A stretch of DNA of 64,000 nt from an uncultured Desulfosarcina sp. (GTDB taxonomy: Bacteria > Desulfobacterota > Desulfobacteria > Desulfobacterales > Desulfosarcinaceae). Both the position numbers and the translations under genes were made by a program. Where the stretch lies: contig CAXXWQ010000003.1 in NCBI GenBank assembly GCA_963674945.2, positions 352,001 to 416,000 of the forward strand. The letters are read 5' to 3'. This document shows, one piece after another, positions 20,773-31,310 of the stretch. A model generated the notes under the pieces. That model did no database searches, had not been told where the DNA came from, and saw only the letters and a program-made list of their open reading frames with translations. Numbering within the stretch: the first letter of the stretch is position 1; each line of letters starts with the position of its first letter.

Positions 20773-22552
20773 GGTAGGCGTTTATGACATTTGTATCCCT
20801 TCGCACCCTGGATGGATCGCCCTCGGCGATAACCCGTCCTTGATTGAGAACACTGACCTGATCGGAAAGCCCCATTACCAGACGCATGGTATGCCCGATC
20901 AACAAGATCGAAATACCCAGGCCGGAGCGAATCCGTTCGATAAGTTCCATCAGCGATTCCAGTTCCGAGGATGTCAGCCCTGCTGCGGGTTCGTCCAACA
21001 GCAGCATCCTTGGTTTTGATGACAGCGCCCTGGCGATTTCAAGCAGACGCTGATGGCCAAAGGCAAGCGATCCTGCCGGAAGATGTCCGTAGGACGATAG
21101 TCCGACGAAATCCAGAAGATCAAGTGCCGTATCGCGTATCTGTTTTTCTCTTTTCAGATGAACGCCGGTCTGGCCGCACATCTGGAAAAAATTCTGTTCA
21201 GTCACTGCTTCGGCTCCGAGAAGAACATTTTCGAGAACAGTCATCTGGCCGAAAAGCTCCACGTTCTGGAAAGTCCGGGCGATTCCCAAATGCGATCGCT
21301 GGCGGACTGGAAGATGCGTGATATCCGTTCCGTTGAAACGAATGTATCCTTTCTCGGTGCTGGTAAGCCCGGAAATGACATTAAAGATGGTCGTCTTTCC
21401 GGCACCGTTGGGACCGATAATGCCATGGATCTGCCTTTCGGATAGTGAAATATCAACTGCGTCGAGCGCCACCAACCCCCCGAAGCACACGCGGATTCCC
21501 TGTGCCTCAAAAAGTGTTTTTTCCCTTGGCAATTTCGTTTCGGCAGATTGATCTGTCTGAATAGAGTAAATTCTTTTCTGTGTTCTCCTGGAACGGTTCG
21601 TCTTCGCCGTGGAAATTGAGCGTTTGCCTGCGATCAGCCCGATGATCCCACGGGGGAGAAAAATAAGCAGCGCAAGCAGCAGAAGGCCGGTCAACAGATC
21701 TTTGTACTCCGCCGTGCCGCGCAGCAATTCCGGTAAAACAGTCAGCATACTGCCGCCAATGGCGGCACCCGCGATTGTTCCCATTCCACCCAGTATTCCC
21801 ATGGTCACATAGGTGATGGAGACAGGAAAAAGAAACGCATCGGGGTTAACGAATTGTGCCAAACCGGCATAGAGCCCGCCGGAAACGCCGGCGATCATGG
21901 CTCCTATTCCGAAGGCAAGGGTTTTGGTATGGTTAAGATCGATTCCCATCACCGTTGCGGCAAGTTCGTTGTCACGGATGGCTGTAAACGCCCGCCCCTG
22001 CCATGAATTGATAATGTTTGATGCCAAAACGAACACCACAATGACGATTGCAGCCAATGCGAAATGAAATGTCTCAGGATACAAATCCCATTTCAAAAAT
22101 CGAGGTACATCAATTGTCAATCCGTTGGGACCATTGGTCAAAGACATCCAGTTTTGTGCCACGAGAACAACAGTCATTCCAAAGCCAAAGGTCACCATGG
22201 CCACACACAATGGACCCAATCGCAGGGCCGGCATTGCAATGATACAGCCGGCAACTGCCGCCAGCAGGCTGCCAGCCCCGAGCGCAATCCAGTAAGGGAT
22301 GCCTGTATGTAACGTCAACAGTGCCGTGGTGTAGGAACCGATGGCGGCAAAACCGGCGTGCCCAAGGGATACCTGCCCCGCAAATCCCATAACGATGTTC
22401 ACGCCGAGTACGGCCGTAATGTTTATGAGACAGAGGCTCAGTATATACAAAGGATAGGAAGGCACAAAAAGAGGGGCGAACAGAACGATGGCTGTGCAGA
22501 GCACTATCAGAACTCTGCTTTCAACGACACGTAATTTCATGCTCGACGCCAT
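20747..22552 (-). CDS. Fused LivM permease + LivG ATPase
   Basis: GQVSLGHAGF, AIRDNELAA, then GPNGAGKTT, ARTFQ, DEPAAGL. Confidence 0.92.
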   Translation of the reverse strand: MASSMKLRVVESRVLIVLCTAIVLFAPLFVPSYPLYILSLCLINITAVLGVNIVMGFAGQVSLGHAGFAAIGSYTTALLTLHTGIPYWIALGAGSLLAAVAGCIIAMPALRLGPLCVAMVTFGFGMTVVLVAQNWMSLTNGPNGLTIDVPRFLKWDLYPETFHFALAAIVIVVFVLASNIINSWQGRAFTAIRDNELAATVMGIDLNHTKTLAFGIGAMIAGVSGGLYAGLAQFVNPDAFLFPVSITYVTMGILGGMGTIAGAAIGGSMLTVLPELLRGTAEYKDLLTGLLLLALLIFLPRGIIGLIAGKRSISTAKTNRSRRTQKRIYSIQTDQSAETKLPREKTLFEAQGIRVCFGGLVALDAVDISLSERQIHGIIGPNGAGKTTIFNVISGLTSTEKGYIRFNGTDITHLPVRQRSHLGIARTFQNVELFGQMTVLENVLLGAEAVTEQNFFQMCGQTGVHLKREKQIRDTALDLLDFVGLSSYGHLPAGSLAFGHQRLLEIARALSSKPRMLLLDEPAAGLTSSELESLMELIERIRSGLGISILLIGHTMRLVMGLSDQVSVLNQGRVIAEGDPSRVRRDTNVINAYLGESRANP

Positions 22553-23409
22553 TCCCCCCTGCCAAAGAGTCCATCAGGCCTGATTGCCAGCACGATCAAT
22601 AAAATGATGAATGCAATCACGTCTTTCATGCTGCTATCGAGATAAACACCGCCGAGGTTTTCGATGACCCCAAGGATGATGCCACCGAAAACTGCGCCAG
22701 GTATGCTTTTAAAGCCACCCAGAATCGCACCGATAAACCCTTTGATGCCGATACTGCCCATGTCTGGTGTGATGATGATCAACGGCGCCAATAAAATGCC
22801 CGCAACGGCGGCCAATGCTGAACTGAGCCCCCAGATCAAGGCAAAGTTCAATGGCACATGAATGCCCACGATGGATGCTGCCATTCGATTTTCGGATGTG
22901 GCTTTCATTCCCTTGCCCAGCCATGTTTTTGAGAAGAAAGCCGCTAAAGAAACCACCAGAAGAAGTGATGTGGCAATGATGCCAAGTCCCAATGGCGTCA
23001 CGGTAACACCAGCAAGTGTGAAAGGTGTGAGAGGAAACAAAGGAGGAAACTGGCTGACTTCCTGACCTCTGAATATGCGAACTGTAGCACGCATGATTTG
23101 GGCAACAGCAACCGTGGCGAGGATTACAGTAGTCTCCGGTGCGTTGAAGAGTGGCCGATAGATGATTACTTCCAGCAATATACCGAGTATTCCGGCCAGG
23201 ATTATCGCCAGAAGCACGGCCAGGATATATCCCATCCCGAAATCGAAGTGAAACAGGAGCGCAAAAATAGCCCCCAGCATCATCATTTCACCTTGTGCGA
23301 AATTAAGTACGCCAGTCGCTTTGTAAATGATGACAAATCCGATACCCACCAAGGCATACAGGCTGCCTAGCGTAATACCGCTGATAATAACTTGAGGAAA
23401 CAGAATCAT
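22537..23409 (-). CDS. livH: LIV-type ABC transporter permease
   Basis: GSLYALVGIGF..IY...GVLNFAQGE, AILGG..SIPGA. Confidence 0.92.
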   Translation of the reverse strand: MILFPQVIISGITLGSLYALVGIGFVIIYKATGVLNFAQGEMMMLGAIFALLFHFDFGMGYILAVLLAIILAGILGILLEVIIYRPLFNAPETTVILATVAVAQIMRATVRIFRGQEVSQFPPLFPLTPFTLAGVTVTPLGLGIIATSLLLVVSLAAFFSKTWLGKGMKATSENRMAASIVGIHVPLNFALIWGLSSALAAVAGILLAPLIIITPDMGSIGIKGFIGAILGGFKSIPGAVFGGIILGVIENLGGVYLDSSMKDVIAFIILLIVLAIRPDGLFGRGEWRRA

Positions 23410-23507
23410 CGGCTTGACCGGGAGGGAAAGTGCAAAGCGAGGATCGATGGCGTTTTATTGCCCCATCGATCCATCGCTCACTTGCGACCACTTTGTAACA
23501 ACAAATA

Positions 23508-24683
23508 CTATTTCAGGTGCCATTTCAGATCCGACCCAACACTGATGATCTGCATTTGGGAGGTTCCTTCATGACTATTCGCCGTATAGGTAATGGGAAA
23601 TGTGACTTCTGTCTGGAAGTTATCCAAAGATTCGAGTGCATCGATAAAACGCTCCCGGGTCAGTTCCTTTCCTGTGCGTTTCAGCGCCTCCTCGCAAACT
23701 TTGCCGGCCCCATATGCTGCAAGATCATATTCCGATGGCCTGCCGCTGGGGTATTTGCCATCGGTATATATCAGTTTGCGCAAATGTTCACGATATGCCT
23801 TCACCGCTTGCGAATCACCACTGTCCGCCATTTCCGGCAGGACGAAACAGGCTGTGAAGCCAACGGATGCATTCCCGGCAGCTTGCTGAAAAAGGTTCGT
23901 GGCCGTGGCCCCACCGCCGAACATTTTTGCAGTAATACCCAATTCTTTTGCCTGACGCACGATAATACCCCCTTCGGCAGCATAGGAGTAAATCAGTACA
24001 CCGTCCGGAGCAAACTGCTTGATACGTAGCAGCTGCGCACTGAAGTCCTGATCTCCCTGGTTGTATCGCTCTGCGGCAACCAAATCCATTCCATATTTAT
24101 TTTTCAAATATGATTTGACTTCTTCAAACCCACCAACACCATAATCGTTGCTGTTATAGATGACAGCGGGTTTTTTTATGTTTTCTTTGTCAATCATCCA
24201 ATTGATAATTGCCTTCGCCTGATCTGTCTCATTTGCGTAAATTCTGAAAATGTATCGTGAGAAAGGATTCATCAGATTGTTATTGGAAGAAATGGAACTG
24301 ACAAAAGGGACCTTTTTTCTGGTAATATACTTTCTCATTGGCAGTGTTGAGCTGCTGGTCGAGCCAGAAATCAGCATGAAAACATTATCCTGCTCTACTA
24401 AACGCCTCACGGCTGCCTGGCCTTCTTGAGGAGACGCACCATCATCATAAACGATAAGCTTTATTTTTCGGCCGTTGATGCCCCCTGTGGCGTTGACCTG
24501 GTCAACCCAGACTTTTACACCATCGCTGGCCGAGGTACCCAGCAATGAAACTGGACCACTCAAAGGCGTCCACATGCCAATCTTAATTTCATCATCTGAG
24601 ACACCCGTCTCTGCATTAACAGATCCAATTGTTATCAATAGAGTAGTAAAGACCGCAGCAACGAGGACGGATTTAAATCTCAT
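23508..24683 (-). CDS. LIV-type (Peripla_BP_6) substrate-binding protein
   Basis: Signal peptide, GVSDDEIKIG, PLSGP, GGINGRKI, DFSAQL. Confidence 0.92.
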   Translation of the reverse strand: MRFKSVLVAAVFTTLLITIGSVNAETGVSDDEIKIGMWTPLSGPVSLLGTSASDGVKVWVDQVNATGGINGRKIKLIVYDDGASPQEGQAAVRRLVEQDNVFMLISGSTSSSTLPMRKYITRKKVPFVSSISSNNNLMNPFSRYIFRIYANETDQAKAIINWMIDKENIKKPAVIYNSNDYGVGGFEEVKSYLKNKYGMDLVAAERYNQGDQDFSAQLLRIKQFAPDGVLIYSYAAEGGIIVRQAKELGITAKMFGGGATATNLFQQAAGNASVGFTACFVLPEMADSGDSQAVKAYREHLRKLIYTDGKYPSGRPSEYDLAAYGAGKVCEEALKRTGKELTRERFIDALESLDNFQTEVTFPITYTANSHEGTSQMQIISVGSDLKWHLK

Positions 24684-25134
24684 CTTTGAACTCCCTTTTG
24701 GTTGTCTTGCCTGTCATAAAATCGCTCAATAGCTGTAAATAGAAATAGTAATCGACAGTTAATAATGGATAAACCACATACAGTCAAATACATATTTCAT
24801 ATGTTATCGGAAAGATAGATTTATAAAGTCTATATCGAGCCACCCATATTGTAGCCGGCAAACGAAATCTTTATCTACCCGCTTCATTTTTCACTCTTCT
24901 CTACCTCATTTCTCAGATTACGATCCGTGTGTACAAAGTTTGAAATGTAAAACGTGGAAGAGATAGAGAATATTGAAATATTTGGGGAGCGGATATTTTG
25001 AAGGATATAGTTATGAGCGGTGTGGATGCTGCAGGGCGTTGATGCATTTTACCAAATTCGATACAGGCAAATGCCAACCATTTTGTTCCACAACACCAAT
25101 GAGTGTAAGAACACTTCCTTGTTCGGATGACCTG

Positions 25135-25347
25135 TTACTCTTCAAGTGCATTCGATAGTTGATTGGAGCAATGACTCAGAAATTTGTTGTACTGACCTTT
25201 CGTAAGAAACAATCTATGAACGAATGGTTGATTTTGGCGTCCCTTGTCCAGGTTTTCCTTTTGGTCAAAACTGCACCTGACAATTTTCAAAGTGTCCAAA
25301 TCTATATCAATGAAATAGCGTGTGTCCTTATCTTTAATTCCGCTCAT
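25135..25347 (-). CDS. Small conserved hypothetical protein
   Basis: MSGIKDKDTRYFIDIDL...HRLFLTKGQYNKF, preceded by a GGAGA RBS. Confidence 0.6.
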   Translation of the reverse strand: MSGIKDKDTRYFIDIDLDTLKIVRCSFDQKENLDKGRQNQPFVHRLFLTKGQYNKFLSHCSNQLSNALEE

Positions 25348-25393
25348 TTGAATATTCTCCAAGAGTGCTATCGGAAATGATTTACTTACAATA

Positions 25394-25867
25394 TTAGTCC
25401 TTACCAAGGTAAACGCCTTCATAATCCAATGTGCTCAGCGGAACCTGGTCCTGTAATAATTCGGCATCAATGATCTCACCGATAAAAAGGGTATGATTGC
25501 CGGGTTTGTATCTCTCAACGACTTTGCATTCCAGATATCCGATACAATCAGATAAGATAGGTGATCCGGTTTGACCCGCTCTATAGTCAATTCCGGTAAA
25601 TTTGCCCATTGGATCAGGTCCTTTGAATCTGGATAGAAAATCCTTCTGATCTTGTGACAGAATATTCAAGACAAAGCTGCCACTTTTTTCAAGGAGTTTG
25701 TGGGAATAGCGATTTGGATGGATTGCGGCCATAATCAGCGGTGGATCGTATGATATCATGGATACCCAGGAGGCGATCATCCCATTAATTTTTTCTTTAT
25801 CGGCGGTAGTAAGCACATAGATGCCGAAGGGCATTTTGCTGATTGCTTTTATCCATTCTGTTTTCAT
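25394..25867 (-). CDS. Flavin reductase-like FMN-binding protein
   Basis: GIYVLTT, NGMIASWV, SYDPP, GSPIL, GNHTLFIGEI. Confidence 0.93.
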   Translation of the reverse strand: MKTEWIKAISKMPFGIYVLTTADKEKINGMIASWVSMISYDPPLIMAAIHPNRYSHKLLEKSGSFVLNILSQDQKDFLSRFKGPDPMGKFTGIDYRAGQTGSPILSDCIGYLECKVVERYKPGNHTLFIGEIIDAELLQDQVPLSTLDYEGVYLGKD

Positions 25868-25961
25868 GGAATTTTTTCCAGATTGATTATGATTGGATAA
25901 GTGACCAAGTGATAATCAATCCACACAAGATAGAATCATCGTAAATCAATTCTCACTCAAT

Positions 25962-26387
25962 TCATTTCCGCACCTTCTGATCAATCCAACACCTCCCAAA
26001 CACCACATACCCGATACCATCACCCGCAGCTGATAAAACCACCGTACCTGTCTTTTTTGAAATCACGATACTCCAGGCTAACCCATCATCAACATTTTCC
26101 ACGCCATCTTCAACGCCTTGGAGGATCAGTTTGTTTTCGATATGCACTATACGTTCAATCCTGCTGGTCTTTCTGACCAAGCTGTCCTTGGATGGCCGAA
26201 TGATCTTATTTTCAAAATCAATGACGAAATCTTGTGGGAGCCCAACAGAATCCGGGTTGACGTTGTCCTTTGTTTTGAATTTGTTGATTTCAAGTATTCT
26301 GTCAACGGTGCCGTATAGCGGTTTTGATCCATCGAAGTCGCCAGCGAAAGTGGACAGAGGTATGACCAAAAGAAAGATTGAAAATAT
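25962..26387 (-). pseudogene. Exported hypothetical protein whose signal-peptide codons are split by IS1380 copy 2
   Basis: Removing the IS and one TSD copy gives GTG(28066) FLNRIIFSIFLLVIPLSTFA-GDFDGSKPL. Confidence 0.75.
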
Positions 26388-28043
26388 CCTGTTTCCGTGG
26401 CACAAAACCTGATTAAAACACTATAACCAATTGATAAAACATATATATTATGGTAATATTAGGGCACTAAACGCTCACTTCGGAGGTGAAATCAATGCGG
26501 CGTCCGATCACCATAAAACACGAGATGGAAAAACTTGCCAGTCATAGCGGATTGATCAATATCGGCGCATTACTTGATGCGATAAATTTCAGGTTCCGTT
26601 TCGAAAAGATCAACGGCGTCCATTGTGTAGACCCGAAAATTTCTCATGGTGACATTTTAGCTTCGATGATTGCTCTCATGAGTATTGGTAAACCTGATTA
26701 CGATGCGATCGAGATTTTTCGTGAGAAGCAAGAATTTTTCAACAAGGCCATTGGCAATCGTGCATGCCCGTCAAGCCCGACATTGCGTCAGCGAATCGAT
26801 TTGATCGGCAACCAAGCCGATAAGCTGATTAAGGATGCAGGCGTTGATTTGGTTCGATCCTGCGCTCCGGCGATTTCACCCATCCAAACCAGTGCGGGTG
26901 ATTTCCTTCCTTTGGATATGGATGTGAGTCCGTTTGACAACTCAAAGACTCAAAAGGAAGGCGTTTCCAGAACCTACAAAGGCACGGATGGCTTCGCTCC
27001 GATCTTTGCCTACCTGGGCACCGAGGGGTATCTGGTGAATCTTGAGTTCAGAGAAGGAAAACAACACTGCCAGAAAAACACCCCCGAATTTATCAACGCC
27101 ACCTTGGATTATGCCAGGCAAATTACCGATCAGCCTATTTTGATGAGGTTGGATTCAGGAAACGACAGTCAAGACAACTTTCCTGACGATTCACGAAAGA
27201 ATGTCCACTTTATCATCAAACGCAATTTGCGTAGAGAATCTGTTCAAAAGTGGGTTGATCTGGCAAAAAAATCCGGCAAGCAACAGCATTGCCGCTCAGG
27301 AAAATGTGTATGGATCGGAAAGACGATTGAAGACATCAACGGCAATCCATTGCGCTACCCAATCATCTTTGAGGTTACCGAAAGGCATACCAAAAAGGGC
27401 CAAGTACTGCTGTTCCCCGAGTATCAGATCGATACCTATTGGTGCAGCCTCGCACAGTTGCCACCGGATGAGGTGATTCGACTTTATCACGATCACGGTA
27501 CCAGCGAGCAGTTTCACTCCGAACTCAAATCCGACATGGGCCTGGAGCGCTTGCCGAGCGGTCATTTTTCCACCAATAGCTTGATTCTTCATTTGGCGAT
27601 GCTGACGTACAACATGCTACGGATTATCGGACAAATCAGCATCGAAGAGAGTGATCCGACTGAATTGCCCGGTATACGCCGGAAGAAAGTTACCCGGCGT
27701 CGAATCCGGACAGTCATGCAGGACTTGATGTATATGGCCGGTCGATTAGTAACCAGAAGTAGAAAATGGTACATATCCTTTGGCCAACTCAATCCATTTT
27801 CCAAACTGATGGATCGGATTTATCTTCGTCTGAATTTGCTTTCCGCTATGAAGTAGCTATAATTTTTAAAAGAACAATTTTACAGGCATTTGCTTGGTGA
27901 TTTGCTATGGCTAAAGAATGAGAAACAGGAGCAAAATTCCTTCGAAATTTGAAAATAGTGAGAAAAATTATCAACAAATGATGGTGTGTGAGGCAATCGC
28001 CCCGCGCCAATCCTAACAGCAAAAATTAGGCCACTGATTCAGG
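26388..28043 (+). mobile_element. IS1380-family insertion sequence, copy 2 (1,656 bp)
   Basis: Same ends as copy 1. TSD AATAT at 26383-26387 and 28044-28048. Confidence 0.95.
26486..27856 (+). CDS. IS1380-family DDE transposase
   Basis: 456 aa, identical to 9374-10744. Confidence 0.95.
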   Translation: MKSMRRPITIKHEMEKLASHSGLINIGALLDAINFRFRFEKINGVHCVDPKISHGDILASMIALMSIGKPDYDAIEIFREKQEFFNKAIGNRACPSSPTLRQRIDLIGNQADKLIKDAGVDLVRSCAPAISPIQTSAGDFLPLDMDVSPFDNSKTQKEGVSRTYKGTDGFAPIFAYLGTEGYLVNLEFREGKQHCQKNTPEFINATLDYARQITDQPILMRLDSGNDSQDNFPDDSRKNVHFIIKRNLRRESVQKWVDLAKKSGKQQHCRSGKCVWIGKTIEDINGNPLRYPIIFEVTERHTKKGQVLLFPEYQIDTYWCSLAQLPPDEVIRLYHDHGTSEQFHSELKSDMGLERLPSGHFSTNSLILHLAMLTYNMLRIIGQISIEESDPTELPGIRRKKVTRRRIRTVMQDLMYMAGRLVTRSRKWYISFGQLNPFSKLMDRIYLRLNLLSAMK

Positions 28044-28646
28044 AATATAATTCGGTTTAGAAACACGATTCTTTTCTCTCAATTTTGTCAGGACTTTTCC
28101 TTCGCGAGAAAAATGAATGGGATGGCAAGCGGGCCAAATACAGCACCCATGATAGCCCAGAATATCGTGTTCAGACCTCGTTTATCAGTAATAAACTATA
28201 AAAGGGCCGCACATCCAATGGGAATTATAATAATGACGAATTCTACCATAATGAATATTTCCTATTTGTTGTCTTTTTTTGAAAAACGAGAGTGTCTTTT
28301 TGAATAGACAATCAATGTGGTAGCTGGTGACCAGATTATCGTATATAGATTGATTTTGTCAAAAGGTTGCTTTTTAAAGGTTGGGTTATGTTGGATCCAC
28401 TCGTTTGGATTAGAGGAACTGGCAGTCCGTGAGTCCCAATTCCCAGCCAATTCCAATTTGTTTGAACTTCGATATCTTGTACCATCAGTGCCATAAGTTC
28501 TGATTGAGGTTGCATTTTCTGTGAACACCCCATACATCCGTAATGGTGATCGCGACAGAATTATCGATTTGACACCAAATGAAATATTTGCGACTTTGGA
28601 TCAGTCTCACCTGTTATTTCCGGCCCAACACTTACGGAGTAACCAT

Positions 28647-28931
28647 ATGGCACTAACGAAAAATGATATCGTTGATCGGATCTATGAAGAGCTTGGCTAT
28701 CCCAAAAATCAGGCCCAAGAAATCACAGAAGACCTGCTGGAAATCATGAAGTCAACCATGGAATCCGGTGATGATGTCCTGGTTTCCGGTTTTGGCAAGT
28801 TCTGTATTCAGGAAAAGAGAGCCCGGAAAGGAAGGAATCCGGCCACCGGTGAAGATTTGATGCTGCGGTCGAGACGGAGAGTTACCTTCAAGTGTTCCGG
28901 TAAGTTGCGGGAAAAGGTGAATGAGGGCTGA
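28647..28931 (+). CDS. ihfA: Integration host factor alpha-like protein (module B)
   Basis: MALTKNDIV...VLVSGFGKF...GRNPATGE...VTFKCSGKLREKVN. Confidence 0.93.
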   Translation: MALTKNDIVDRIYEELGYPKNQAQEITEDLLEIMKSTMESGDDVLVSGFGKFCIQEKRARKGRNPATGEDLMLRSRRRVTFKCSGKLREKVNEG

Positions 28932-28932
28932 T

Positions 28933-29331
28933 ATGTGTGGCAGATTCGTTGGATTCAGACCACTCGAAGAATTGCGACATCATTTTCCCATTAATGTTTC
29001 CAAAGTGGATGCCTCCGAAAATTTCAATGTAGCCCCATCTCAAGAAGTCCTTGCCATTGCCCGTTACGTAGGCAAAAATCATCTGGTTACATTCAACTGG
29101 GGTCTTGTTCCCTTTTGGGCCAAGGATATCAGCATCGGAAACCGGATGATCAATGCACGTTCTGAGACCGCCGCAACGAAACCCAGCTTTCGCGATGCTT
29201 TCAGGAAACGCCGATGCCTGATCCTTGCGGATGGATTCTATACAGAACTGAAAGCCATTCCCGTTTCCAAGCAGGTAAATTCGGTGCAAAACAATCGGCC
29301 GGAAAATATAAAACCAGTTGACACAAAATAG
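28933..29331 (+). pseudogene. SRAP (YedK/HMCES) protein with an in-frame internal deletion
   Basis: MCGRF, NVAPSQ, WGLVPFW, INARSET, RRCLILADGFY joined directly to the C-terminus PVSKQVNSVQNN...IKPV. The central EW...HDRMP region is missing. Confidence 0.88.
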
Positions 29332-29366
29332 CAGAATGGATTGATGACTTTCATATAGGTGATCCC

Positions 29367-29729
29367 ATGTTCTGTCCAAAATGCAGAGCCGAATATCGAG
29401 AAGGTTTTCATACCTGCTCGGATTGCAATATTGAACTGGTCGATGAGTTACCTCTATTGCCTGAACCTGAATTTGTGGATTTTATTGAAATATTGGCCAC
29501 CTACAGTCCAGCAGATGTAGTATTTTTAAAATCTTTACTTGAAAGCGAAGGAATCCAATATTTTTTCAAAGGTGAGCATTTTATGTACATGCGTCCTCTG
29601 GCTGATCCTGTGAGACTGATGGTAAGGAAAGACCAGGTTGAAGAAGCCGCTGAATTGGTAAAGGATGTCAGGTTATCTGTTGCCGGGCTGAGTTTGGATA
29701 AGAGATCTGAGGATGATGATGGTGATTGA
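29367..29729 (+). CDS. Zinc-ribbon + DUF2007 (putative signal-transducing) protein
   Basis: MFCPKCRAEYREGF..CSDC...LV; KSLLESEGI. Confidence 0.85.
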   Translation: MFCPKCRAEYREGFHTCSDCNIELVDELPLLPEPEFVDFIEILATYSPADVVFLKSLLESEGIQYFFKGEHFMYMRPLADPVRLMVRKDQVEEAAELVKDVRLSVAGLSLDKRSEDDDGD

Positions 29730-29786
29730 TGGTTCACGTCGATGGCAGGATACGCATAGCGTTTGGTGTGTGAAGCAGTCAATTCA

Positions 29787-31298
29787 TCATGACATCTCTA
29801 ACAGATACTTGCCTTTCACCCTTTTGTCCTCAGATATATGCCACCGTTTATGCGTCAAAGTGTCTAAAAAACGCTGGTCATGGCTCACGAGAAGCATTCC
29901 GCAGGGACAATCGGCCAGGGCTTGCTCTAAACATTCGATGGAAGGCAAATCAAGGTGGTTGGTCGGCTCATCCATGATGATAAGATGCGGTACGTTGGCG
30001 ATACCGGTGGCAAGAAGAATTTTCCGAATCTCTCCGGGACTGGGCGCTATGCTTTCCAACAGTCGTTGGGGTCTTGATCCCAGACAGCTGACGACGGTCA
30101 TCATTTGCCCCAGTTTATTATGGGGAAGATCTCGCGCCCGGGCCATGATATCCTTCGATGCATGGATATCAATCTCTTGTGGTAAATAGGTGACATGATC
30201 TTCCTGCAGATGAAGCGATTGTAGAATATGGTTGATCAATGTGCTTTTCCCGCTGCCGTTCGACCCTGTAAGGGCGATACGATCATCGGGTTTCATGGAC
30301 AAATCGGGAAAATGCAGCCATCTGTCTCCTCCCAGGGACAGTGACCCGGCGGGAAAGTTGAACAGGGTGTCTCGTCTTGATTTTGCTCCCGACATCCAGA
30401 TCCCCAGCGTATTCGTTTTCTTAACCCTGATACGATCCATTTTCATGCGAGCCTGGGATAGGCGACCACCGAGCTGGTTTAATCGTTTTCCGGCAATGCC
30501 GTCTTTTCCGGTCAGACGGCCCAAATTGATTTTTTCCCGCCCGTCACGGTCCTTTGACGCCAATCCTCTCTTCGATCGCTTTCGATTCGCCTGTGAGGCG
30601 GCATCCCTGCGTTTGGCCGCCTCACGCCGTAATCTTGAGAATTCATGTTTGGCTTGAGCACGTTGTTTTTGAACGGACATCTCATCCTTCACCGCCTGCT
30701 TTGCGCCCTGGGAATAGTTGCCCGGTCGTAATATGGCTTCCGGTGGTTCGATAAAGAGGCATTGATGGCATAAATTATTTAAAAGCGCACGGTCGTGGCT
30801 GACCAGAATCCCGACACCGCGAAAGTCCGAAAGCGCGGCAAACAATTTATTCTGTGCTTCGATATCGAGATGATTGGTGGGTTCGTCCACCGCCAGGACC
30901 TGCGGTTTCTGCCACAAAGCAACGGCGATCTGAGCCCGTTTACGCTCACCGTGGCTAAGGGTTTTCCACCGCTTTCCCCAATCATCTTCGACGCCCAATC
31001 GACCTTTGATCAAGACGGCTTCTCTATCGACTGCATGAATCAGATCGTTTAGCTGCTCCGGTGCATTATCCGTTCGTTGCTGGCAGTAAACCACGAAATC
31101 AGGGATGCTCATTTGTCCTTGCTGTGGCTCCAGGCCGCCGGTGGCAAGTTTCAAAACAGTGCTTTTCCCCACTCCGTTAGCGCCAACGATGCCGGTCCAG
31201 CCTCGGTTGAAGTGTGCCGACAAATTAAGGATCAAGGGTTGGGTCGCCCTGTCATAACCAAATGATACATTTTGAAATCGGACAGACAAATCGGCCAT
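29787..31298 (-). CDS. ABC-F family ATPase (two ABC domains, no TM segments)
   Basis: GANGVGKST, LSHGE, DEPTNHLD, SHDR; second domain GSNGSGKST, SPGE, DEPTNHLD, SHD. Confidence 0.92.
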   Translation of the reverse strand: MADLSVRFQNVSFGYDRATQPLILNLSAHFNRGWTGIVGANGVGKSTVLKLATGGLEPQQGQMSIPDFVVYCQQRTDNAPEQLNDLIHAVDREAVLIKGRLGVEDDWGKRWKTLSHGERKRAQIAVALWQKPQVLAVDEPTNHLDIEAQNKLFAALSDFRGVGILVSHDRALLNNLCHQCLFIEPPEAILRPGNYSQGAKQAVKDEMSVQKQRAQAKHEFSRLRREAAKRRDAASQANRKRSKRGLASKDRDGREKINLGRLTGKDGIAGKRLNQLGGRLSQARMKMDRIRVKKTNTLGIWMSGAKSRRDTLFNFPAGSLSLGGDRWLHFPDLSMKPDDRIALTGSNGSGKSTLINHILQSLHLQEDHVTYLPQEIDIHASKDIMARARDLPHNKLGQMMTVVSCLGSRPQRLLESIAPSPGEIRKILLATGIANVPHLIIMDEPTNHLDLPSIECLEQALADCPCGMLLVSHDQRFLDTLTHKRWHISEDKRVKGKYLLEMS

Positions 31299-31310
31299 GG
31301 GTATCCTCTA

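Noticed and set aside
9276..28043. Composite transposon that arrived as one unit
   Set aside because: Each IS has its own matching TSD (TTTAG and AATAT), showing separate insertions.
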